Origin: an uncultured Candidatus Saccharibacteria bacterium
GTDB taxonomy: Bacteria > Patescibacteriota > Saccharimonadia > Saccharimonadales > CAYVSP01
NCBI GenBank assembly: GCA_964446365.1
Contig: CAYUOI010000001.1
Span: 1 to 43,087 of the forward strand
Direction of reading: 5' to 3'
Length of the DNA stretch: 43,087 nt
Both the position numbers and the translations under genes were made by a program. Under the pieces are notes generated by a model that was not told where the DNA came from, did no database searches, and was given only the letters and a program-made list of their open reading frames with translations. This document shows, in pieces, positions 1 to 9,665 of this stretch; position 1 is the first letter of the stretch, and each line of letters begins with the position of its first letter.

Positions 1-15
1 GCTTACAGGGGTGTT

Positions 16-1278
16 ATGCTTATGTTAACTATGTCACGTTTACTTGCCGAGTTATTGGGGGCGCCGCAGCCGGCTTTTAGCCAGGCTGTAGGCAAACTCG
101 AACGGGCCGGCGGATTGCCTAGCGCTGATGTACGCTTGACAGCCGACGTAATGCGCCGCGCACAAGAAGCTTTGCGCCAGCTCGGCTTGGATCCTAGCGA
201 CACCGCTGCCAAAGAGCTTTACCAAGCCTTGATGCTTAAAGTCGAAAAAGATGAGAGTTTAGTCAGAAAGCATCTAAATCTAAAAGACAAGTCATCGCTC
301 GATGAACTGGTTCCGGCCGTTTTAAAAAGCCTCGATACACTTAATTTGCCGCGCAGCGCATGGGTTATAAAGCCTAGTGTCGTCAAAAGGATATTACAAT
401 CGCATCCGCCAAAAGTGCTTATGAAACAGTTGGGTTACCGCTCGGTCGATTCTATGCTTAAAAGAGAAGCTATAGCCAGTATAGTCATGGCCTCATTTCT
501 GTGTGAGGGCAGCACCTGGCGCGAGCGCCTATACAGTAAATATCGCCAGCTTAAGCCGACAGACTGCGAAATAGCCAATGTTAATACCGTTTTACTGAGC
601 ACTAAACGTTGGCAGCAGTTTTTTGCTAAGCATACTGAATTGAAGAAGCGCCTTATTATGCCGGTGCCTGAATTAGGTGTAGTCGTAATTTTACCTTTAG
701 AAGCAACGGTGCTTCCAGGAGCGGCGTTAGCTTTGTTGTTAGCGCTGGTTTACCACATAAACAGCATTCGCAGCCAGAGCGCTCATGTTAAGTTACAGCA
801 GGTTAAACCGCACTTTGGTCAGCAAGCGCTGGATATCTGGCGCGGTCGGAATCAGCCCGTAGCATACCTAGCTGAACAGCCCCTGTACTGGAACACGGTC
901 CACCATCATTTTGCATCGCGACCGTCAGAAAATTACCCCGAGACGTTTGACCCGCATGTCAGACCGGAAGATTTGCATCATCACACTCCGGAAGAAGTTT
1001 TAATTGCAATTGTGCCAGAGCTAAATTTCTGGCATGGCGCCAGCCATAGCGGCATAGTTCATGAAGGCCAGCCGGTGTCATTGCACGCCATGGACGCGGC
1101 CATAAATTACTGCAACCGACTGCCATTTGAAAATCGCTCTAACGGCTATCTGCAGGAAGCTATCGGCCAGGAGTTGCTAGTGAGATATATGCGTGAACCG
1201 CATTTGCATAATGTAGTCGTGCTGCAGTTAGAAACTCATCCCACACTACCGCAATCAAAAATCGGAACTGTCTCATGA
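16..1278 (+). CDS. conserved hypothetical protein with a His-rich C-terminal half; no family recognised
   Basis: 420-aa ORF, with alternative in-frame ATGs at 22 and 31. Its TGA stop overlaps the ATG of the next gene (ATGA at 1275-1278), suggesting translational coupling. It has His clusters (HHHF, HHHT, WHGASHSG) but no motif I can assign. Confidence 0.6.
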   Translation: MLMLTMSRLLAELLGAPQPAFSQAVGKLERAGGLPSADVRLTADVMRRAQEALRQLGLDPSDTAAKELYQALMLKVEKDESLVRKHLNLKDKSSLDELVPAVLKSLDTLNLPRSAWVIKPSVVKRILQSHPPKVLMKQLGYRSVDSMLKREAIASIVMASFLCEGSTWRERLYSKYRQLKPTDCEIANVNTVLLSTKRWQQFFAKHTELKKRLIMPVPELGVVVILPLEATVLPGAALALLLALVYHINSIRSQSAHVKLQQVKPHFGQQALDIWRGRNQPVAYLAEQPLYWNTVHHHFASRPSENYPETFDPHVRPEDLHHHTPEEVLIAIVPELNFWHGASHSGIVHEGQPVSLHAMDAAINYCNRLPFENRSNGYLQEAIGQELLVRYMREPHLHNVVVLQLETHPTLPQSKIGTVS

Positions 1279-1913
1279 GCGAACTCCACCACAGAAAACT
1301 TCAGTATGCCATCTGTATTTCCGGCGCGGCCGCTGGTAAAACTGTGTTATCTTCTGGTCAGCTGGCAGAAGATCTTGGCGCGGCTATTGCCAAAAGCGGC
1401 CATATTTTGACCACCGGCGCCACAGTCGGGCTGCCGTATTACGCCGCCAATGGCGCCAAAAAAGTTGGCGGCATGAGTATTGGTTTTTCACCGGCCAGCA
1501 GTTTACGCGAACACCTGCGTAAGTACCATCTGCCATATGAATGCTTCGATTTTATTAATTTCACCGGCATGAATTATGTTGGCCGTGACTTGTACCTGGT
1601 GCAATCAAGTGACGCCGTGATTACGGTCGGCGGACGGTTCGGAAGTCTGCATGAGTTCACTTCGGCTTTAGAGGCTGGTAAACCCTGCGGTGTTCTAATT
1701 GGCAGCGGCGGTACAGCCGATCTGATTCCATCACTTCTAAAAACGCTTGAACCGCCGCACGATGAATTAGTAATTTATGACGACAATCCCGAACGGTTGG
1801 TAAAGCGAATCATAGAGATTATTGATAAAGAGTACGTCGACTTAAAGCAGCACTTAAGCGATCGCGACGACTACTGGTTCCTAGAACAACCAAAACTGCC
1901 ACGCGCCGGCTAA
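1275..1913 (+). CDS. LOG/TIGR00725-like (SLOG superfamily) Rossmann-fold nucleotide-binding protein
   Basis: The layout ICISGAAAG ... TTGATVGLP ... SDAVITVGGRFGSLHEF ... GKPCGVL matches the lysine-decarboxylase-like/LOG fold, including a GGxxGTxxE-type motif. It has a 4-nt overlap with the upstream ORF. Confidence 0.7.
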   Translation: MSELHHRKLQYAICISGAAAGKTVLSSGQLAEDLGAAIAKSGHILTTGATVGLPYYAANGAKKVGGMSIGFSPASSLREHLRKYHLPYECFDFINFTGMNYVGRDLYLVQSSDAVITVGGRFGSLHEFTSALEAGKPCGVLIGSGGTADLIPSLLKTLEPPHDELVIYDDNPERLVKRIIEIIDKEYVDLKQHLSDRDDYWFLEQPKLPRAG

Positions 1914-1940
1914 ATTTCTCATTGTTGGTACAATGAGAAG

Positions 1941-3905
1941 ATGGCTAAATTCAAGCTAAACGCGGAGTTCAAGCCGACTGGTGATCAGCCGGCGGCTATT
2001 TCCGCGTTAACCGATGGCCTTCAAAAGGCAACCAAAGAGCAGGTATTACTTGGCGTAACCGGATCGGGTAAGACTTTCACAATGGCCAATGTGGTCCAGA
2101 ATATCCAAAAGCCAACCCTAGTACTTAGCCACAACAAAACACTCGCGGCCCAACTTTATAATGAGTTTAAAAGCTTTTTCCCAGATAATGCCGTTCATTA
2201 TTTTGTAAGTTACTTTGATTATTATCAGCCGGAAGCCTACATTCCGCGTAGCGATACCTACATCGAAAAAGATTCCCAAATTAACGAAGAAATCGACCGG
2301 CTGCGTCACGCCGCCACCGACGCGCTACTTTCTAGGCGAGACGTATTAATCGTCGCCAGTGTCAGCTGCATCTACGGCATTGGTTCGGTAGAAGATTATG
2401 GTAATTTGGCCGAAGTTATTAAGGTTGGTGAGCGCAAAGTCCGCGACAAGCTGCTGAGACATTTGACAGATATTCAGTACCAGCGCAACGACATTGATTT
2501 CCACCGGAGTACCTTCCGGGTTCGCGGTGATGTGGTTGATGTTTATCCGGCTGGTGAGGAAATGGCCTACAGGATAGAGTTTTTTGGAGATGAAGTCGAA
2601 CGAATCACTAGAATAGATCCGTTAACAGGGGAAATACTAGCCAATCTGGAAACTCTGCGAGTTTTTCCAGGCAGCCACTACGTAACGCCGGAATCCAAAT
2701 TAAAGGTAGCCTTGGGCAAAATACAGCAAGAACTAGAAGAGCGGCTGGCTTTCTTTAACAAGAATGGTTTGCTTCTTGAGGCCCAGCGTTTAGCGCAGCG
2801 CACCAAGTTTGACCTGGAAATGCTTGAGGAAACCGGCTTTGTTAAGGGAATTGAAAATTATAGCCGCTATTTGACAAACCGCGAGCCTGGCGAGCAGCCA
2901 GCCACGCTGCTGGATTACTTTCCAGATGACTTTCTGATGTTTATCGACGAGTCACACATGACCATTCCGCAGGTACGCGGTATGTATAATGGCGACCGCG
3001 CTCGCAAGGAAGTGTTGGTGGAACACGGCTTTCGCTTGCCGAGCGCTCTAGACAACCGGCCGCTAACTTTTACGGAATTTGAGCGTCACGTCAATAATGT
3101 CGTTTATGTCAGCGCAACTCCTGCTGACTACGAACTGTCGCGCAGTCCTGAGCCAATTTATCAGGTTATCCGGCCAACCGGATTGCTCGATCCAGAAATA
3201 GAAGTTCGTCCGATTGAAGGCCAGATTGATGACTTAATCAGCGAGATTAGGGCGACTGTCGATAAGCGGCAGCGAGTCCTAGTAACGACGCTAACCAAAC
3301 GAATGAGCGAAGACCTGACCGAATATCTCAAGGAACTAGATATTAAGGTAACTTATTTACACAGTGATATCGAAACCCTGGAGCGAACCGATATTTTACG
3401 TGATCTGCGGCTTGGCACTTACGACGTGGTTGTTGGTATTAACCTACTTCGTGAAGGCCTGGATTTGCCCGAGGTCAGTCTGGTAGCTATCTTAGACGCT
3501 GATAAAGAAGGGTTTCTACGAAGCGAGCAGGCTTTAATTCAAACCGTCGGCCGGGCCGCCCGCCATGTTGAGGGACGGGTGGTGATGTATGCCGACCATA
3601 TTACCGGCAGCATGCAGCGCACTATTGACGAGACTAATCGCCGCCGCAAAATCCAGGAAGCCTACAACACTGAACACGGTATAACCCCTACCGGAATATC
3701 AAAGTCGATCGAAAAAGGTATGCGGCCGGATCTTCCCGAGGAAGCTAAGAAGGCCAAGCTGGATCTCAAAAAGATACCCAAAGACGAATATAAGCACCTG
3801 ATTCGTGACTTGTCGTCTCAGATGGACTTGGCGGCAGCTAACCTGGAATTTGAAAAAGCCGCCGAGCTACGCGATATTATCACCGATATTAAGAGCAAAC
3901 TCTAA
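1941..3905 (+). CDS. uvrB: excinuclease ABC subunit B
   Basis: 654 aa with Walker A GVTGSGKT and the [14 protein letters not shown] beta-hairpin region. Helicase motifs and the C-terminal UVR domain ([11 protein letters not shown]) are present. Confidence 0.97.
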   Translation: MAKFKLNAEFKPTGDQPAAISALTDGLQKATKEQVLLGVTGSGKTFTMANVVQNIQKPTLVLSHNKTLAAQLYNEFKSFFPDNAVHYFVSYFDYYQPEAYIPRSDTYIEKDSQINEEIDRLRHAATDALLSRRDVLIVASVSCIYGIGSVEDYGNLAEVIKVGERKVRDKLLRHLTDIQYQRNDIDFHRSTFRVRGDVVDVYPAGEEMAYRIEFFGDEVERITRIDPLTGEILANLETLRVFPGSHYVTPESKLKVALGKIQQELEERLAFFNKNGLLLEAQRLAQRTKFDLEMLEETGFVKGIENYSRYLTNREPGEQPATLLDYFPDDFLMFIDESHMTIPQVRGMYNGDRARKEVLVEHGFRLPSALDNRPLTFTEFERHVNNVVYVSATPADYELSRSPEPIYQVIRPTGLLDPEIEVRPIEGQIDDLISEIRATVDKRQRVLVTTLTKRMSEDLTEYLKELDIKVTYLHSDIETLERTDILRDLRLGTYDVVVGINLLREGLDLPEVSLVAILDADKEGFLRSEQALIQTVGRAARHVEGRVVMYADHITGSMQRTIDETNRRRKIQEAYNTEHGITPTGISKSIEKGMRPDLPEEAKKAKLDLKKIPKDEYKHLIRDLSSQMDLAAANLEFEKAAELRDIITDIKSKL

Positions 3906-4987
3906 GCGGCTTTTCGGGGGCGCCAAAGTATACCGGCGTGGCGCAAGCTGCGGACGGTTTTATCAGCACCTTCTTCTGCATTAAGTGCCATAGCGTGGCC
4001 TTGTCCTTGTATTGGTTCAAAGCTCAGATTAGGGAACTGTTTCTCGTAACGGCGCCACATTGGATGCTCTCCTACCGGATCCTTGGTACCGCTTATTACA
4101 ACAGTAGGATAGTGATCAAGAACTCTTTTAATTTTAGGCTTTGGCGTTCCTTTGCCTAAATCAAACATCTGCCAGAATAAAGCCGGTAGGTCGCTTAGGC
4201 CAGGGGCTGACTCTTGCATAACCTCTAGGTTATGGGCGCGCTCATCGCCCTTTTCGCGAATAGCCACCTCTTTGATGCCGTCCACAAACATGGCCGGTGC
4301 AAACTTAATGCCCATATCCAGCCAGACCCTCTCAGGGGGAACAAGCGCTTGTGCATAATAGGCAATGCCGGCGATTTTGACAGGTTGCCCGTTATCGAGA
4401 TTAAAATTGAGCATTTCATTAGTAATAACAGTGCCCATTGATACCGATGTGATAACTGCCGGTTGGTTACCGCACAGTGCTCCCACTAGCCGCAAGCGTT
4501 GGCCAGCCATTCGTCTAATACGAGCCTGTGTAGCTGCCCTGGTAAAATTAAGACGATCAACCACATCACCAATACCGTTGGTGGCAATACTGACAACACG
4601 CACACCGGGTAAGCGTTTGACGTAGGCTTCGTGCCAGGCCTTGCCGGTGCCTTTTTCCGTTTTCTCAGTAAAGCCCCGTAAGTCAAAAAGGGTATATCGA
4701 CTATGTACGCCTACAGGCTCGGTAATGTTCAGCGAGTGAGTATACGTATCTTTGCCTTCAATAGTAACGCGTGCTAAGTAGTGGTCGTAATCATGATCAC
4801 TGTCGCCCTGACGCTCTGCTTCAACCGATATATCATGACCAACCAACGCAACTTTGCCTAGCTCGTACTCAGTATGGGCTTGAATACTTTCGCCGAAAAT
4901 TTGGAACTCTTTGCCCAGCAATGTAACCATGTCGGTAGTTGTTGTACCGTCAGTGGAACTTTCAAAACTATTTAATGCTGTCGCCAT
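3902..4987 (-). CDS. alpha/beta-hydrolase-fold protein (putative)
   Basis: 361-aa ORF with an SVSMG nucleophile-elbow-like motif. A C-terminal ISGTKDPVG ... GQGHAM stretch is consistent with the Asp and His of a catalytic triad. The family assignment is weak. Confidence 0.6.
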   Translation of the reverse strand: MATALNSFESSTDGTTTTDMVTLLGKEFQIFGESIQAHTEYELGKVALVGHDISVEAERQGDSDHDYDHYLARVTIEGKDTYTHSLNITEPVGVHSRYTLFDLRGFTEKTEKGTGKAWHEAYVKRLPGVRVVSIATNGIGDVVDRLNFTRAATQARIRRMAGQRLRLVGALCGNQPAVITSVSMGTVITNEMLNFNLDNGQPVKIAGIAYYAQALVPPERVWLDMGIKFAPAMFVDGIKEVAIREKGDERAHNLEVMQESAPGLSDLPALFWQMFDLGKGTPKPKIKRVLDHYPTVVISGTKDPVGEHPMWRRYEKQFPNLSFEPIQGQGHAMALNAEEGADKTVRSLRHAGILWRPRKAA

Positions 4988-5095
4988 GTTGTCTTTTTAA
5001 CGCTTGTCCTTATCGTATTCCTGCCGCGGGTCTTTGTAAAGCAGATTATAAATCTGTGCTTAACCAGCTTATTTATCTCTGTTATACTTAGGCAA

Positions 5096-5389
5096 ATGGC
5101 GGAACTCAAACGGGAAGATATATTAAAGTTGGCACGGCTGGCACGGCTCCATCTGGGCGATGACGAAGTGGAACGTTTCCGCGGCGAAATCAGCGCCATC
5201 CTAGGTTACGTTGAACAGTTGCAGGCGACTGACACCAAAGGGCTTGAACCAACCTATCAGGTAACCGGCTTAAAAAATGTAATGCGGGCTGACAAGATTA
5301 AGGATTACGGTTCAACGCTCGAAGAGCTGCTTAAAAACGCCCCAGCGACCGAAAAAGGCCACTTTAAAGTCAAAAGGATTATCAAGTGA
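5096..5389 (+). CDS. gatC: Asp-tRNA(Asn)/Glu-tRNA(Gln) amidotransferase subunit C
   Basis: 97 aa with typical GatC sequence (LARLARLHLGDDEVERF...ILGYVEQL). It overlaps gatA by 4 nt. Confidence 0.93.
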   Translation: MAELKREDILKLARLARLHLGDDEVERFRGEISAILGYVEQLQATDTKGLEPTYQVTGLKNVMRADKIKDYGSTLEELLKNAPATEKGHFKVKRIIK

Positions 5390-6807
5390 GCCAATGGCCG
5401 GCAATTGCAGACATTGCTAAAAAGGTACAAGCGGGCGACCTTAGTGCGGTTGATCTTGTAAATAAGGCTCTTAAAACAGTCGAAGAGAAGTCAGAGTACG
5501 ACTCCGTTTTGCAAACTACTGAAAAGCGGGCCCTTGAACGCGCCAAGCAAATTGATGATGGCGTTGCTAAAGGCGAAACAATCGGCCGCCTTGCCGGTGT
5601 GCCTTTTATTGCCAAAGATAATTTTCTGACTTTTGGCAGCCAAACCACTGCGGCCAGCAATATTCTTAAAGGTTTTGAGGCGCCTTATCAATCGACGGCC
5701 ATTGAACTTTTGGAAGCGGAGGGCGCAATATGCATTGCCAAAGCCAACCTTGACGCTTTTGCGCATGGTTCCAGCACCGAAAATAGCGATTTTAAAATAA
5801 CTAAAAACCCACATAATAAAGACTACGTACCAGGCGGCTCTTCCGGCGGTTCGGCCGCGGCTGTGATTCTGGATATGGTGCCATTCGCGCTCGGTACTGA
5901 TACGGGCGGCTCAATCCGCTTGCCAGCAGCTTTTTGCGGTGCGGTTGGATATAAACCTACCTATGGCCTGGTATCGCGTAGCGGTGTTATAGCCATGGCC
6001 AGCAGTACTGACGTTATTGGGCCGCTGACACGTAATGTAGAGGATACGGCTCTGGTGCTTGATGTTATGGCTGGTAAAGATGAGCTGGATGGCACGACTA
6101 TCGATCGCGAAAAAACTTATAAAATTAGTAAGACAAAGCTAGCCGGCCTAAAAATCGGCATTGTAAAAGAATATATGGGCGAAGGGCTAGATGAGGCGGT
6201 CAAAAAACAAGTTTTAGCAGCGACTGAAAAGCTTAAAAAAGCTGGTGCGGACATTGTTGAGGTCAGCCTGCCGTCACTGCCGCTAGCCTTGGCGTGTTAT
6301 TACATAATTATGCCGGCCGAGGTAAGCAGCAACCTAAGTCGCTACGACGGCCAACGCTATGGCCATAGCGATGCGTCAGCAAAATCCCTGGATGATAGTT
6401 ATAACTTATCACGTAGCAAAGGCTTCGGTACCGAGGCCAAGCGTCGCATTATGATAGGTACTTACGTACTCAGCAGCGGTTATTACGACGCTTATTACAA
6501 AAAGGCCCAGACGGTGCGCACCAAGCTCATTAACGAATTTAACGATACTTTTAAGAAAATCGATTTTCTGCTCGGACCAACTGCACCTACTACTGCCTTT
6601 AAGATTGGCCAGAATGTCGATGATCCGCTGCAAATGTATTTGACTGACATCATGACGGTCGGTGCGAACCTTGCCGGAATTCCTGCAGTCAGCATGCCGG
6701 CTGGTACGCATAATGGTTTACCGGTTGGTTTGCAGTTGATGGCCCCACAGCGCCAGGACGCGGCACTGCTGGGCCTGGCTGCGGCCACCGAGGAGTTATT
6801 GGGATGA
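5386..6807 (+). CDS. gatA: Asp-tRNA(Asn)/Glu-tRNA(Gln) amidotransferase subunit A
   Basis: 473 aa with the amidase signature GGSSGGSAAAV and GTDTGGSIRLPAAFCG. Confidence 0.96.
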   Translation: MSQWPAIADIAKKVQAGDLSAVDLVNKALKTVEEKSEYDSVLQTTEKRALERAKQIDDGVAKGETIGRLAGVPFIAKDNFLTFGSQTTAASNILKGFEAPYQSTAIELLEAEGAICIAKANLDAFAHGSSTENSDFKITKNPHNKDYVPGGSSGGSAAAVILDMVPFALGTDTGGSIRLPAAFCGAVGYKPTYGLVSRSGVIAMASSTDVIGPLTRNVEDTALVLDVMAGKDELDGTTIDREKTYKISKTKLAGLKIGIVKEYMGEGLDEAVKKQVLAATEKLKKAGADIVEVSLPSLPLALACYYIIMPAEVSSNLSRYDGQRYGHSDASAKSLDDSYNLSRSKGFGTEAKRRIMIGTYVLSSGYYDAYYKKAQTVRTKLINEFNDTFKKIDFLLGPTAPTTAFKIGQNVDDPLQMYLTDIMTVGANLAGIPAVSMPAGTHNGLPVGLQLMAPQRQDAALLGLAAATEELLG

Positions 6808-7232
6808 GTAAAACAGCCATAGCTTTAATAGCTGCCGGTATTTTGCTGCTTTTAGCGGTACTATTTGTATTGCAGCGCCGGATACCTCGTAAACCCAAGC
6901 AGCGTTTTTACGTAGCCCAATGGCTTGAACTACAAGCCTATTGCAAGAATAAAGCCACCTGGCCGAAAGCCATAATAGAGGCAGATAAGCTGCTAGACAA
7001 AGCTTTAAAACGCCGCCGCTTTAGCGGCCGTAGCATGGGCGAGAGGCTGGTTTCGGCCCAACGGTCGCTAAGTCAAAATGACGCCACCTGGTTCGCCCAT
7101 AATCTTCGTAAAAAAATCACCACTAACCCGAACCTTAAACTGCGCGAAAGCGACGTAAAGCACGCATTGGTTGGCTTCCGGCAAGCATTGCGTGATATAG
7201 GAGCATTGCCTGATGCCGACTCAGATAAGTAA
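6804..7232 (+). CDS. membrane-anchored hypothetical protein embedded in the gatCAB operon
   Basis: 142 aa with an N-terminal TM helix (AIALIAAGILLLLAVLFVL) followed by a basic helical domain. It overlaps the gatA stop (ATGA) and overlaps the gatB start by 20 nt. Confidence 0.65.
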   Translation: MSKTAIALIAAGILLLLAVLFVLQRRIPRKPKQRFYVAQWLELQAYCKNKATWPKAIIEADKLLDKALKRRRFSGRSMGERLVSAQRSLSQNDATWFAHNLRKKITTNPNLKLRESDVKHALVGFRQALRDIGALPDADSDK

Positions 7233-8679
7233 ATATACGGCAACCATTGGTATTGAGTGCCACGTCCAGCTCAAGACTAAAACTAAGCTATTTTCTGCTG
7301 TCGCCAATGACGCCCGTGAAGCGGCCGCCAATACCCTTATAAGCCATATTGATCTTGGTATGCCCGGTGCGCTGCCAGTTTTAAATGAAAAAGCTGTGCA
7401 GTATGCCCTAAGAATGGCCTACGCTTTTAATACCGAACCCCAGACCCATAGCTTTTTTGAACGTAAGCACTACTTCTATCCAGATCTCCCCAAGGGATAT
7501 CAAATTACCCAACTCACGAACCCGATTATAGTCGGCGGCTATGTTGAGCTTGAAGACGGCACTAAGGTGCATTTGAACAGAGTTCAAATGGAAGAAGACG
7601 CCGGCAAGAACATACATCCCACCGGCGTGGACTACAGCTTAGTGGACTTAAATCGAGCCGGCACGCCTCTGCTGGAAATAGTTTCTGAGCCAGACATGCA
7701 TACGGCCGCACAGGCTAAAGCCTTTGCCAGAGAACTCTATCTGCTGGCGCGTTATGCGGGTGTTTCAGATGCCGATTTATACCACGGAAATATGCGTTTT
7801 GACGTTAACGTGTCTTTAAGCGCCCAGGAAGGAAAACTTGGCACCAGGACTGAAACTAAGAACCTGAATTCTTTTCGTAGTGTTGAAAAAGCCGTTGAGT
7901 ACGAAATTAAACGCCAAACCGAGGAATTAAATAAAGGCAATGAAATCATTCAGGAAACCCGTGGTTGGAGCGAGGCCAAACAAAAGACACTCAGCCAACG
8001 CGGCAAAGAGGAAGCCCACGACTACCGCTACATGCCCGAACCCGATATTCCACCCCTGGAAATTAATGCCGAGATGAGCCTGGCAGCTAAAAAAACATTG
8101 CCGGTTCTACCGACTGAGTGGCGCAAGCGTTTAAGCGGGCTTGGTATGCCGGGCAGTTATAGTGAAACTCTGTTGGAGGCCCAAATAGAAGACGAAGAAA
8201 TTGATTATCTATCTCTGATCGAAGGCGCACTTAAAGATAGGGATTACACTTCGGCTCTGGCCAACTGGTTTGTAAACGTTGAAATTCCACTGCGGCGCGA
8301 TACTAAAACTACCAGCCAGCACAGCAATGACCAGCGTGCGTCTATTTACCGCGAAACCTATCTGCTAATAAAAGACGGAAAGCTGAACTCTACTAATGCC
8401 AAAGCGCTTTTGACGGAACTGTTTAGCTCCGGCGTTAATCCGGATGACGTTGCCCAGTTTGCTCAAGATCAGGGTTACATTCAGGTATCTGACGAAGCTG
8501 CCATTACGGAAATTATTAAGACTGTGCTGGCGGCAAATCCAGAAGCCGCCGATGATGTTCGCAAAGGTGAGGTAAAAGCAATCGGCTTTTTGGTGGGCCA
8601 AGTAATGAAAGCTAGCCAGGGTCAGGCCAACCCGCAAATGGCACAAAAATTGATTAAGCAACAACTTACTGTAAAATAA
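7213..8679 (+). CDS. gatB: Asp-tRNA(Asn)/Glu-tRNA(Gln) amidotransferase subunit B
   Basis: 488 aa with GIECHVQL, YPDLPKGYQITQ and MEEDAGK motifs, and a C-terminal YqeY-like tail. Confidence 0.96.
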   Translation: MPTQISKYTATIGIECHVQLKTKTKLFSAVANDAREAAANTLISHIDLGMPGALPVLNEKAVQYALRMAYAFNTEPQTHSFFERKHYFYPDLPKGYQITQLTNPIIVGGYVELEDGTKVHLNRVQMEEDAGKNIHPTGVDYSLVDLNRAGTPLLEIVSEPDMHTAAQAKAFARELYLLARYAGVSDADLYHGNMRFDVNVSLSAQEGKLGTRTETKNLNSFRSVEKAVEYEIKRQTEELNKGNEIIQETRGWSEAKQKTLSQRGKEEAHDYRYMPEPDIPPLEINAEMSLAAKKTLPVLPTEWRKRLSGLGMPGSYSETLLEAQIEDEEIDYLSLIEGALKDRDYTSALANWFVNVEIPLRRDTKTTSQHSNDQRASIYRETYLLIKDGKLNSTNAKALLTELFSSGVNPDDVAQFAQDQGYIQVSDEAAITEIIKTVLAANPEAADDVRKGEVKAIGFLVGQVMKASQGQANPQMAQKLIKQQLTVK

Positions 8680-8684
8680 TAGAT

Positions 8685-8939
8685 ATGGATGCGGAGACAG
8701 TACTTGTTATTATTTTATCGGTTACGCTGGCAGTATTTTTAGTTGTCGGCATAATCACGCTTATTAAAGTTATCGATCTCCTAAATAGTCTAAAAAGAAT
8801 CACAGATAAAGCCGAGAAGTTTGCTGAAAGCGCCGAAAGCTTAGGTGAATTTTTTAAGGATGTCAGCGGCAATCTGGCCATTGGTAAACTTGTGCACAAC
8901 ATTTCACATTACGTAAAGAGCAAGAAAAGAGAGAGGTAA
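8685..8939 (+). CDS. small membrane protein, DUF948-like
   Basis: 84 aa with an N-terminal TM helix followed by an amphipathic helix. It sits directly upstream of a YtxH-like gene, as in Firmicutes ytx clusters. Confidence 0.6.
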   Translation: MDAETVLVIILSVTLAVFLVVGIITLIKVIDLLNSLKRITDKAEKFAESAESLGEFFKDVSGNLAIGKLVHNISHYVKSKKRER

Positions 8940-8941
8940 CC

Positions 8942-9358
8942 ATGGCAAAGAATGGTAAAAAGTGGGCCCTGGCAGCAGTTGTTGCCGGAGCGGCCGGCTA
9001 CGTCGCTGGTATTCTGACGGCTCCTAAAAGCGGTAAAGAAACCAGGAAAGATATTAAAGACGCCGCTGTTAAGGCTAAGAGTGAGGCGGAACGAGTGCTT
9101 AAAGAGCTACATAGCGATTTAGACGCTTTGATAGTCAAAGGCAAGGCCCGCGCCAAAACACTGGGGGCAACGGCTCAAAAAGAGTTACTAAAATTGCTCG
9201 ATAACGCCAACAGCGCCAAAGAAAAAGCCCGCACAATTCTATCGGCACTGCATGAAGGTGATGCCGCCGACGATAAAGATCTGCAAGGCGCAATCAATGA
9301 TGCTAAAAGCTCGATTGATAATCTCAAAAAATATCTGAAGAAGAATGGCGAAGCCTAA
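8942..9358 (+). CDS. YtxH-domain protein (general-stress-type helical protein)
   Basis: 138 aa with the N-terminal motif GILTAPKSGKETRKDIKD typical of YtxH, followed by long Lys/Ala/Glu-rich helices. Confidence 0.75.
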   Translation: MAKNGKKWALAAVVAGAAGYVAGILTAPKSGKETRKDIKDAAVKAKSEAERVLKELHSDLDALIVKGKARAKTLGATAQKELLKLLDNANSAKEKARTILSALHEGDAADDKDLQGAINDAKSSIDNLKKYLKKNGEA

Positions 9359-9602
9359 AAAACCGAAGCCAACCGACCTTGGTAAAATGCTGATCAATAT
9401 TTACGAGAGCGGTTACCTGGACCGAAATGAGGCCTACAAACAAAGCTTTATTAAAGGTTTAATCGGCGGTTTTGCCGGCGTTTTGGGCGCAACTGTTTTA
9501 ATAGCTTTGTTATTGTGGGCGCTTTCGGTGATCGGCCATATAAACGTACTCAAGCCGTTTGTTGAGCCTGTCAAAGATACGGTTGAACAAGCTACACAGT
9601 AG
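9345..9602 (+). CDS. small membrane protein (DUF5665-like)
   Basis: 85 aa with a single TM helix (GGFAGVLGATVLIALLLWAL). It overlaps the preceding gene by 14 nt. Confidence 0.55.
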   Translation: MAKPKKPKPTDLGKMLINIYESGYLDRNEAYKQSFIKGLIGGFAGVLGATVLIALLLWALSVIGHINVLKPFVEPVKDTVEQATQ

Positions 9603-9665
9603 CGTTGTAAAAAGCTGCTTTTTAAGGGTATCGACGCACAAGCGTAATAAAATAGGATCTACGTA

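Noticed and set aside
9605-9630. The AAAAAGC-T-GCTTTTT palindrome before dnaE as an intrinsic terminator.
   Set aside because: The stem is almost entirely A-T with an effectively 1-3 nt loop. It is too weak to call.
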